This document shows, piece after piece, positions 55,843-63,664 of a stretch of 64,000 bases of DNA (position 1 is the first letter of the stretch; every line of letters begins with the position of its first letter). The notes beneath the pieces are model-generated. The model saw nothing but the letters and a program-made list of their open reading frames with translations. It had not been told where the DNA came from and ran no database searches. A program made the position numbers and the translations under genes. The DNA lies in assembly GCA_934167695.1 (NCBI GenBank), contig CAKPLP010000007.1, positions 658 to 64,657 on the forward strand, given 5' to 3'. Source of the DNA: an uncultured Bacilli bacterium (GTDB lineage Bacteria > Bacillota_I > Bacilli_A > RF39 > UBA660).

Positions 55843-58020
55843 ATGAAAAAAATAAACAATAAAGCTTTTACAATGCTTGAATTATTAGCATCAATAATAA
55901 TCCTTATAATTATTAGTGGTATTGCCATATCATCAGTCGCCGGTTACTTAAAAAAATCACATAATGAATACTGCAAATCAACTGTTGACATGGTAACATT
56001 AGCAGGTAGAGATTACTATAAAGATAATCGTTCACAATTACCACTAGAAGGAACAAAAGAGGTTTATCTAAGACAACTAATAAATGAAAAATATATCGAA
56101 ACTGTAACAGATTACAATAAAAAAACTTGTGATATTGACCGTAGTAAAGTAGTTGTATCAAAACAATTTGGCAACGTTTATTATTACAGCACATATTTGT
56201 ATTGCAATAAGTGTACAACAGAAAATACAACAAAAGAAGTAACATCTCCAACAATAACATTTACTCCAAACAAAGGAACTTATACTAATAAAGATGCTAA
56301 TATCAAAATAAATATTAAAGATCGAAAAAATGACATTACATCCTACAAATATCAAATATTACAAAAAATAAATAACAACTTTACTCCAATAAAAGAAGTA
56401 ATTAAAGATAATGTTCAAAAAGATAATGTGAATTTTAATGTAAAATTAAATAAAAAAGGTACATATAAAATAAAAGTTTCAGCCTATAACGTTATTTCCA
56501 AGAAAACAGAAGCTACAAGTGGTGAATACATCTTAAACTATGTTTTAGACTGTAATAAACAAGTATCCATAACTACAAATGATTTTCAAGAAAACATCTG
56601 GAAAAAGGGTGAATTAAATATTAAAATTAATGCAAAAGGTTCAGTAGATAGTTATGATGTTTATTTAAAAAAAGATAATAATGATTATAATAAAATTGTA
56701 ACATTTGCAACAAAAGAAATTTCAAAAAAATATTCTGAAACAGGAAAATATACCTTTTATATAGAAGCAAGGGATGATCAAGGACAAAGTTGTAAAACTA
56801 AAGAATATACCTATTTAATTGATAACAAAGCACCAACATGTACAACATCAAATGTTTCAGATAGTTGGACTAATAATAATGTTAGTTTAACTTATTATTG
56901 TTCTGACCAAGAAAGCGGTTGTAAACAAAATGTAATTATTCAAACATTTACAGAAAACATGAACAGTTTATCATCACCAGTTGTTGTACATGATAATGCC
57001 GGAAACGATGCAATCTGCCCTCAAAGAACTATAAAAATAGATAAAATTGCACCTAGTTGTAAAGTTGACTTAAATGGAACACTAGGAGACAATGATTATT
57101 ATATAAGTAATAAAGTAACAGGAAAATTAACCTATGATAAAAATGATAGTTTGAGTGATATAAAGTACTATGATATAGCTAAATCAAGAGAAGATATTAA
57201 CAAAACAAATACAAAAGTACAAACAAGTACAACAAGAAATACAAGCACAAAAAAACGCTATTATGGTTATGTTGCAGATGAAGCTGGCAATGTTGGTGAA
57301 TGTGAAAGTAAAAAATTTAGATTAGATCATACACAACCAACTTGTAACTTAAAAACAACAGGAGTAAACTATGATACAAATAATGGATGGTATAATTCTG
57401 GAAATGTGGACGTCATATTAAAAGGTTCAGCAGGTGTAAGTGGTTTACAAACATGTAAAATAGGGAGTAAAGAAGTAGATTGTGACGGAGGCAAAGTAAC
57501 ACACAAAAATAGTGGTGCAAATATTAACTATAATGCTACCGTAACAAATAAAGCTGGTAATTCTACTCCGTGCTATATTACATTTAATCTCGATAAAGAT
57601 AATCCAGAGATTACTTCATCTAAAATAACCCCTGTTGGAGGACAATTATGTAATGGTAGTGTTACAAATAAACAAAAAATAGTAAAAGGAGAAACAGCAA
57701 CATTAAAAATAAAATATGAGGTAAAAATAAAGGATAAAACAAGTGGAATAGGTTCAATTAGATATATCTTAGCTCCAGTCGCTTATATTTCTTCAGCACC
57801 AACTTCAAAAACCACCACAACAACAATTAAATATGGTAATAATATTACTCAGGAAACTACAAATTATATTTACACAGGAGAAGGTGGAGGTAGTAAAAGT
57901 GTAAGTAAAAGTTATACATTTAAAGCTACAATAGGTCCATTCGATAGTGATATGTATTATTGTTTTGATTACAGTGCTAATGTACAAACAATCGATAAGG
58001 CAGGAAACTGGGGTTACTAA
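55843..58020 (+). CDS. 725-aa protein with a prepilin-type N-terminal cleavage/methylation signal and Ig-like repeats
   Basis: MKKINNKAFTMLELLASIIILIIISGIAI. Phe+1 and Glu+5 are canonical, with Ala at -1 instead of Gly. Downstream modules follow the pattern ...APTC...WTNNNV...HDNAGND...DKIAPSC. Confidence 0.75.
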   Translation: MKKINNKAFTMLELLASIIILIIISGIAISSVAGYLKKSHNEYCKSTVDMVTLAGRDYYKDNRSQLPLEGTKEVYLRQLINEKYIETVTDYNKKTCDIDRSKVVVSKQFGNVYYYSTYLYCNKCTTENTTKEVTSPTITFTPNKGTYTNKDANIKINIKDRKNDITSYKYQILQKINNNFTPIKEVIKDNVQKDNVNFNVKLNKKGTYKIKVSAYNVISKKTEATSGEYILNYVLDCNKQVSITTNDFQENIWKKGELNIKINAKGSVDSYDVYLKKDNNDYNKIVTFATKEISKKYSETGKYTFYIEARDDQGQSCKTKEYTYLIDNKAPTCTTSNVSDSWTNNNVSLTYYCSDQESGCKQNVIIQTFTENMNSLSSPVVVHDNAGNDAICPQRTIKIDKIAPSCKVDLNGTLGDNDYYISNKVTGKLTYDKNDSLSDIKYYDIAKSREDINKTNTKVQTSTTRNTSTKKRYYGYVADEAGNVGECESKKFRLDHTQPTCNLKTTGVNYDTNNGWYNSGNVDVILKGSAGVSGLQTCKIGSKEVDCDGGKVTHKNSGANINYNATVTNKAGNSTPCYITFNLDKDNPEITSSKITPVGGQLCNGSVTNKQKIVKGETATLKIKYEVKIKDKTSGIGSIRYILAPVAYISSAPTSKTTTTTIKYGNNITQETTNYIYTGEGGGSKSVSKSYTFKATIGPFDSDMYYCFDYSANVQTIDKAGNWGY

Positions 58021-58085
58021 AAATAATATTTTACAAATGAAAAAAATAATGATATACTAACAAAGTTTTAGAAAGGAGAAACATT

Positions 58086-58757
58086 ATGACAGAATTATAT
58101 ATTGGATATAAAAAAACAAATCAAATAGTATTAAAAGATGGCAAAGTATTTTTAAACATGCAAGAACTTCAAAAAATAAAAAACAATACATATAATTTAA
58201 ATCAAGATACAAGACTAAAACTTTTTAGTGAAAATGAAGAACATCTAGATGAAAAAACACTAGCAATGTTAACAGTTACTGATACAAAAAATATACCAGT
58301 ACCAACAGATCTAATTTATACTATATCTAATAACGTAAGAGGCTATATTTATCCAAGAAAAGAAGACAAAGAAGATATTAGAACTTCTAAAATGAGAAAG
58401 ATAGTAGATGATTTAACAAAATTAAAAGAAGATGCTATCATTCTAGGAAAAAAAGGAATATATATAGGTCATCTAACAAAATATAATACTGAAAATTTAC
58501 AGGTAATAGACCCTAGTGCATTAAAAAAAGTTCATAACAATAGTAATCAAACAATGAAAAATATTTCTGAAATTAATGATTATTATTTAAGAACAGTTTT
58601 TAACGGAGATAAGTCTCTTGAAAAAGCATTAATACAAGACTATAAAAAAACAGGTTACTTATATTTTGGAGATTATTTAGAAGAAACTGCTCCAAAATAT
58701 TGTACAGTAGAAGAGTATGAAAAAAATTTACCTAAGATTTTAAGAATAGGGCGATAA
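58086..58757 (+). CDS. Hypothetical protein, degenerate paralog of the kinase-like protein at 61735-62385
   Basis: LTKLKEDAIILGKKGIYIGHLTKYNT..LQVIDPS aligns with LSILKEDLLLLSDNNILVEDFNKDNT..IYLIDPGS. It lacks the G-loop and the catalytic Asp. Confidence 0.55.
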   Translation: MTELYIGYKKTNQIVLKDGKVFLNMQELQKIKNNTYNLNQDTRLKLFSENEEHLDEKTLAMLTVTDTKNIPVPTDLIYTISNNVRGYIYPRKEDKEDIRTSKMRKIVDDLTKLKEDAIILGKKGIYIGHLTKYNTENLQVIDPSALKKVHNNSNQTMKNISEINDYYLRTVFNGDKSLEKALIQDYKKTGYLYFGDYLEETAPKYCTVEEYEKNLPKILRIGR

Positions 58758-58809
58758 TTGACAAATAATACTAATAAGTGTTATGATTAAAACATCAATG
58801 AGGTGAATT

Positions 58810-59454
58810 ATGAAAAAAACACATGCAATTAGTGTTCTTCTATCATCAATAGGTATATGCATGATTGTCATTGCACTTATCATGATAGGAGTAACTAATC
58901 CAGATAGTTTTATATCATATAGTAGTAATAATGAGATTTTAACTACTAGCATGAAATATACTTCTGCTAGTACTATAAAAGAAGTAAGTATGAAAAAATC
59001 TCCTAATGCTACAATAGAAGTTGCAGAAGCCTTCCAAGGTGACATTATGTCTGGCCAAACAGTAGAAGAAATAGCAATTCAACTAAACAAACATTTAGGT
59101 ACAGATATGCTTATGAATAAAGGTGAATTAATTGCTAGTTACTGTATAAGCCTAGGAGTTGATCCTTACGTTGCAGCAGCAATAATGCTTCATGAAAGTG
59201 GATGCCATTCCAAATGTAGTGCTTTAGCACGTAAATGCTACAATGTCGCAGGTCAAAAAGGAAGTCCAAGTTGTAGTGGAAGCTACAAGGGATACTCATC
59301 AATAGACGAAGGCATAAAAGGTGCAATAAATAATTTATATAAAAACTATTATTCTAAAGGATATAATACTGTTGAAAAAATAGGGCCAAGATATGCTGAA
59401 AGTAATACTTGGATATCAAAGATTAATAGTTATGTTAGTTTACTAAAAAGCTAA
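58810..59454 (+). CDS. Membrane-anchored GH73-type N-acetylglucosaminidase
   Basis: TM, then AAAIMLHESGCHSKCSALARKCYNVAGQKG...YKGYSSIDEGI...YA. This is the glucosaminidase E...N.(F/A)G...Y pattern. Confidence 0.7.
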   Translation: MKKTHAISVLLSSIGICMIVIALIMIGVTNPDSFISYSSNNEILTTSMKYTSASTIKEVSMKKSPNATIEVAEAFQGDIMSGQTVEEIAIQLNKHLGTDMLMNKGELIASYCISLGVDPYVAAAIMLHESGCHSKCSALARKCYNVAGQKGSPSCSGSYKGYSSIDEGIKGAINNLYKNYYSKGYNTVEKIGPRYAESNTWISKINSYVSLLKS

Positions 59455-59484
59455 AATTCAAATCTAAGAATTTGAATTTTTTTA
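59453..59484 (+). terminator. Rho-independent terminator
   Basis: AAAATTCAAAT-ctaaga-ATTTGAATTTT plus a T run. Confidence 0.7.
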
Positions 59485-59517
59485 TTTTCTAAACATATAA
59501 TATATCAAGGTCATAGT

Positions 59518-59546
59518 TTGACAAAAAAGCTTATTTATGATAAAAT
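59518..59546 (+). promoter_or_regulatory. Near-consensus sigmaA promoter with extended -10 driving the large ncRNA
   Basis: TTGACA (59518-23), 17 nt ending TGa, TAAAAT (59541-46). Confidence 0.65.
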
Positions 59547-59551
59547 GAGCA

Positions 59552-60139
59552 GTAATTGATGGCACATTATTCTAGTCAATTACTTTATTATGAGGACGGG
59601 GATAAATTACCGTTAAAGAGCACATCTATGAAACCTTTGGTGTTTGCTTTAAATGCCCAATTTGGGGTGGATGCTGAAGATGAGAATAATGGGCGAGGTG
59701 TAATGGCATATACCAGCCGACCCACTATTCGCGGAGACCTATTTGCGTGGTAAGCCTATACGGTTTACTGACGGACTTATTACGGAATAGGACTAAACCT
59801 ACTTTGTGGCGAAAGTTATGAGTAGCGTAGCTTGTCTTGAGTGAGAGCTTTGGGATTAGCAATAATTAGATAATATAAAATAGGCCAATTTTATATTATC
59901 TACTATGAAATTACTCTTGCAAAAAAGAATTAATAATAAAGTGTTGTTGAGGAAAGCTCCTAGGGTGTTATCGAATATGGGATTGCAGTGGGCACTAAGT
60001 GGTAATCAAGTCGTATAGAACTTCTATACTTATATTTTTAAAGGGGAACCGCACTACTGGTAACGGTATGTAAATATAAGGGAAATCCTACTTGACCTAA
60101 GGCCCAAAGTTAACCATATAAGAAGCCATCATTTTTTTT
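59552..60139 (+). ncRNA. Large (~580 nt) structured non-coding RNA; candidate OLE-class RNA
   Basis: 705-bp gap with markedly higher GC than its flanks. The only ORF has no SD. Multiple perfect helices are present (59551-59/59576-84, 59845-51/59953-59, 59867-81/59888-902, 60013-19/60023-29). A possible closing helix is TGATGGC 59557-63 / GCCATCA 60125-31. A small 4-TM protein gene follows directly. Confidence 0.6.
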
Positions 60140-60159
60140 GACTAAAAAAAGAGGATTTT

Positions 60160-60753
60160 ATGAAAAGAAAAAGGGAAAATATTCTAAAAAACTTACAAGT
60201 TCAAACAAAGAAAAAAGAAAAAATAAAAAAAGAAAAAGTAAATATTAAATGGATTATCGAAATATGTATAACTTCATTTTTAATATCAATATTTATGTCA
60301 TTACTAAGTGAAACAACTCTAAATAATGTAAATCTATTAATTTCACTAATTATTACATTAGTATTCATTTTTATAGGAATACTATTCGATATAATAGGTG
60401 TTGCAGTAACTAGTAGTGATGAAAAAGTATTTCACTCTATGAGTTCTAGAAAAGTAAAAGGTTCAAAAATCGCTGTTAAGTTAAAGAAAAATGCCGAAAA
60501 AACATCATCATTTTGTTGTGATGTAATAGGAGATATATGCGGAGTATTATCAGGAACAAGTGGAGTAGTAATTGCAACAAACATTGTTAAATTAACAAAT
60601 TATAATAGTTTGATTGTAACATTACTAACAACGGCTACCATCGCTTCCTTAACCATTACAGGAAAAGCAATCGGTAAAAGTTTTGCAATAAATAAAAGTA
60701 ATATAATTCTTTATGAATTTTCAAAAGTAGTATCATATTTTTATAAAGGTTAA
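60160..60753 (+). CDS. Small 4-TM membrane protein, candidate OapA (OLE-associated protein A)
   Basis: 197 aa (~21-22 kDa). Basic N-terminus, four predicted TM helices, and a repeated D(I/V)IG motif in TM2/TM3 (FDIIGVAV, CDVIGDICG). Located 20 nt after the ncRNA. Confidence 0.5.
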   Translation: MKRKRENILKNLQVQTKKKEKIKKEKVNIKWIIEICITSFLISIFMSLLSETTLNNVNLLISLIITLVFIFIGILFDIIGVAVTSSDEKVFHSMSSRKVKGSKIAVKLKKNAEKTSSFCCDVIGDICGVLSGTSGVVIATNIVKLTNYNSLIVTLLTTATIASLTITGKAIGKSFAINKSNIILYEFSKVVSYFYKG

Positions 60754-60776
60754 AATATAGATTCAGGGGGTTACTT

Positions 60777-61733
60777 ATGAAAATTAGATTTAATAAGATA
60801 AAACTATTAACAACATTAATAGGAGAAATAGTATTAGTTACTACTTTTCCAAGTAAAATAGGCAAAGAAACACTTTCATATCAAGTTGGAGAACATAATA
60901 TAATAGAAACAAATAAAAATATTACTTCATTAAAACCAAAAAGTTTTAAAAAAGATTTAAATTCTCCACCGGGATATAAAGTAGTAGATTACGATTATGA
61001 AAAAAATATAGCATATTATATTGAAAATATTTTATATAAAAATACTCAAATTATAGATACTGAAAGTATTAATGAATTTGGAACACCCAAAACACAAAAT
61101 CAGAATGATAAAAATAACATCTATGCCCCTCATAAACATCAAATAGTAGAATATAATGTAAAATTCGAGTTACATACAAAAAAGCATCAGTTAAAAGTAT
61201 TAACAGCACCAGAAGGTTATGAAATCACAAAATATAATTATGAAAAAAACAATGAAATTGTTTCAGAAATAATATTATATGAAAATACTGTTCCAGTAGA
61301 AAAAGATAAGGAAAATGATTTTGGAAAACCTCTAGTAGAAATTCCAAAAAATAATGACTATATAGAAGTTAAAGATCAAAAGTTAGCAGTAATCAATATA
61401 AATAAAAATCTCATCTTCAAAAATAGAAAGAAAAAATTAACAACCCCACCAAATTATAAAATAATAGATTATGATTATAATAGAACATTCGACAAAGAGG
61501 TAGAAACAATTTTATACGAAAATTCACAAAGAATTAACAAAAATATTTTAGAGCAAACCTTTAAGCAAACTGATGAAGAGTACTATGTAGAAATAGAAAA
61601 AACATCATCACCGAAGTTCAAAAAATTAAAATATATAGAAAATCCAATAGGTTATAACTTAATAAGTTACAGTACGGATTATAATAAATATTATACATAT
61701 AACACAAAATTATATGTAAAAAAGGGGCATTAA
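60777..61733 (+). CDS. Protein with four ~80-aa internal repeats (hypothetical)
   Basis: Recurring P(P/E)GY(K/E)(V/I).(D/K)Y(D/N)YEKN...E.ILYENT motif, four times. Weak hydrophobic N-terminus. Confidence 0.55.
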   Translation: MKIRFNKIKLLTTLIGEIVLVTTFPSKIGKETLSYQVGEHNIIETNKNITSLKPKSFKKDLNSPPGYKVVDYDYEKNIAYYIENILYKNTQIIDTESINEFGTPKTQNQNDKNNIYAPHKHQIVEYNVKFELHTKKHQLKVLTAPEGYEITKYNYEKNNEIVSEIILYENTVPVEKDKENDFGKPLVEIPKNNDYIEVKDQKLAVININKNLIFKNRKKKLTTPPNYKIIDYDYNRTFDKEVETILYENSQRINKNILEQTFKQTDEEYYVEIEKTSSPKFKKLKYIENPIGYNLISYSTDYNKYYTYNTKLYVKKGH

Positions 61734-61734
61734 C

Positions 61735-62385
61735 ATGACAAATAAACATCATCTACTTGGTGAAGGTAGAGAAGGAAAAGTTTATCTACTAAACGATGAG
61801 GCAATTAAGATATATAATTATACTTGTGATAAAAGAAGACTAAATAAAGAAGATGCTACAAAATTAAGCAAAATTAAAACAAAAAGAATTTTAACACCTA
61901 CGAGAATTTTTTTAGATAAGGAAAAAGAAATAAAAGGATACTCTACAAAATATATTGAAAATTTAAATATAAATAATTTATTAATATTAAAAAGAGAACT
62001 TTTATTAAAAGAATTATCCATTTTAAAAGAAGATTTATTATTGTTAAGTGATAATAATATTTTAGTAGAAGACTTTAATAAAGATAATACTTGTTTTAAT
62101 AATGGTATTTATCTAATAGATCCCGGAAGTTATGAATGTGATTATGATTTAGATAAAAATCAGATTTTGGGTAAAAATATAGAAATAATGAATGAATTTT
62201 TATTAGATATTATGGCATGGTGTAGTCACGAATTAACAAAAAATACTTTTACTGATAGAAAATTAACACAGGAAATATTTCATGATTATATTGAAAAGAA
62301 ATATCCTGACTTAATAGAATATTTAAAAGAAAATGTAAAAGAAAATAATAATATATCGGAATTTATATATAAGAAAACTAAGTAG
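61735..62385 (+). CDS. Minimal protein-kinase-like protein (Bud32/RIO-size)
   Basis: G-loop LLGEGREGKVY, AIKIY lysine, VEDFNKDN catalytic-loop-like segment, and LIDPGS (DFG-like). 216 aa. Confidence 0.55.
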   Translation: MTNKHHLLGEGREGKVYLLNDEAIKIYNYTCDKRRLNKEDATKLSKIKTKRILTPTRIFLDKEKEIKGYSTKYIENLNINNLLILKRELLLKELSILKEDLLLLSDNNILVEDFNKDNTCFNNGIYLIDPGSYECDYDLDKNQILGKNIEIMNEFLLDIMAWCSHELTKNTFTDRKLTQEIFHDYIEKKYPDLIEYLKENVKENNNISEFIYKKTK

Positions 62386-62412
62386 AGATTAAAGAAATAT
62401 ACTTAGTTTTTT
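62376..62412 (+). terminator. Rho-independent terminator
   Basis: AACTAAGTA-n15-TACTTAGTT plus TTTT. Confidence 0.55.
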
Positions 62413-62424
62413 ATTTTAGATATC

Positions 62425-62453
62425 TTGATACTGCTATTAAAATATTGTATACT
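62425..62453 (+). promoter_or_regulatory. SigmaA-type promoter of leader/surface-protein gene B
   Basis: TTGATA, 17 nt, TATACT. Homology to locus A starts exactly at this promoter. Confidence 0.55.
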
Positions 62454-62479
62454 TTAGTAGATTAATAATAGGAGGAAGT

Positions 62480-62593
62480 ATGAGAGTGTCAATCAAATGT
62501 TCTATTGGGGGGGGGTCACTTTAGTAGAACAATAAATATATTTAGAGATACATAACTTTTGTAGTATAGAAAAATATGAAAGGAGTGTATTAA
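62480..62593 (+). promoter_or_regulatory. Conserved 5' leader, copy B, with a 14-codon mini-ORF (62480-62524), a G9 tract and a hairpin
   Basis: AGGAGG-aagt-ATG, encoding MRVSIKCSIGGGSL*. Arms GTTCTATT (62499-506) and AGTAGAAC (62523-530) enclose G9+TCACTTT. Confidence 0.6.
62507..62515 (+). repeat. Homopolymeric G9 tract
   Basis: Counted directly: tctatt + 9 g + tcac. Confidence 0.95.
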
Positions 62594-63565
62594 ATGAATA
62601 AAAAAATTATATTTATAGTTCTAGTAATACTAATAGGACTAGTAATTTCAGTAGGAGGAGTATATGCTGCAGTAACCATTACAGGAAGCAATATAACTTA
62701 CTCCAATTCATCTTCAGGATTATCCTCAACGACAGTACAAGCAGCAATCGACGAATTAAATACAAAGACGGATATAAGAAAAATGGGAAATTTCATAGGA
62801 GTGTATAAATACAGTACGGCAACATCAACTAAGTGTATCACAGGAGAAGAATCAACTTGTGTAAAATCTACTTGCTATAAAACTAAAACAAGCGGTAGTT
62901 GTCCAGCGGGAACAATCGTAAAATATAAAGTAAATGATGCAACAGTGGTAAATTTTCATGTAATGTATGATAATGGATCTACTATGACTATGCAAAGCCA
63001 AAAAAATACAATATACAATATACCTTGGATAAGTAAAGAAGATTATACAACAGCAAATACTAATGGAACAAGTTGTAGTTATGACTCTTGCAGTGATGAA
63101 GGACCACTAACGATACTAAAAGCATTAGAATCAGTAACTGCAGGGTGGAGCAATGTCAACAATCAAACATATACAATAGGTACAACAGTATTTAAAACTA
63201 ATGCATACACTAGTTGTAATAGTTACAATTCATGTAGTGGCAACGCCTATACCTTAGCATCAAGAACCGCAAAAGCCAGAATAATAACATTACAGGAAGT
63301 TGCAAACTTGGGTTGCTCATCGATATCTGCATGCCCAATTTGGATGTATAATTACCTCTTTAATTCAGTAGAATCTGGAGGAACAATAAATGATACTGCT
63401 TATGGACCAAATTGGAGTAACAATGCCGGTTATTGGACAATAACAGGAACAAGCAATACACCTCATGGTGCATGGCGTGTATCAGCCGGAGATGAACCAG
63501 TTACAATTAGAGCTACTGCTGCTCCATATTATGGTGCCAGAGCAGTTGTCGTAGTATCAAAATAG
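62594..63565 (+). CDS. Secreted Cys-rich lectin-like surface protein, paralog B
   Basis: The N-terminal ~130 aa are closely similar (most positions identical by eye) to 49466-50395. The middle is divergent. The C-terminus reads GYWTITGTSNTPHGAWRVSAGDEPVTIRATAAPYYGARAVVVVSK. Confidence 0.75.
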   Translation: MNKKIIFIVLVILIGLVISVGGVYAAVTITGSNITYSNSSSGLSSTTVQAAIDELNTKTDIRKMGNFIGVYKYSTATSTKCITGEESTCVKSTCYKTKTSGSCPAGTIVKYKVNDATVVNFHVMYDNGSTMTMQSQKNTIYNIPWISKEDYTTANTNGTSCSYDSCSDEGPLTILKALESVTAGWSNVNNQTYTIGTTVFKTNAYTSCNSYNSCSGNAYTLASRTAKARIITLQEVANLGCSSISACPIWMYNYLFNSVESGGTINDTAYGPNWSNNAGYWTITGTSNTPHGAWRVSAGDEPVTIRATAAPYYGARAVVVVSK

Positions 63566-63664
63566 TTTTGTAAAAATACACATTAAGGACCAGATTCAAA
63601 TAAAACTTGTCTTTTTTTCTATTTTAAGGTAAAATGAAACATAGCTTTGTGAGGTGATTGATTT

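Noticed and set aside
59556-59753. 65-aa ORF (MMAHYSSQLLYYEDGDKLPL...) in the long intergenic region
   Set aside because: There is no Shine-Dalgarno sequence. It starts within the predicted 5' hairpin of the transcript. Its composition is atypical for this genome's genes and it lies inside a helix-rich, GC-enriched segment. It is better explained as a chance ORF within a structured RNA.
59948-60066. RNase P RNA-like strings (GAGGAAAGCTCC, GGGGAACC...TAACGG)
   Set aside because: The P4-like string deviates from the universal GAGGAAAGUCC. It sits ~400 nt from the transcript start with only ~180 nt after it, which is too short for the remaining RNase P domains. The 3' ACAGAA/GGCUUA elements are missing.
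59552-60139. tmRNA, SRP RNA, T-box or cobalamin riboswitch as the identity of the structured region
   Set aside because: There is no GGGG...CCACCA acceptor ends or tag ORF (tmRNA) and no SRP domain IV consensus. It is too long and lacks a specifier/T-box or B12-box. The downstream gene is not an aaRS or a cobalamin gene.
60132-60139. T8 run as an intrinsic terminator of the large RNA
   Set aside because: No convincing GC-rich stem directly precedes it. It may simply be spacer, and read-through into the 4-TM gene cannot be excluded. The 3' end of the RNA is therefore left uncertain.
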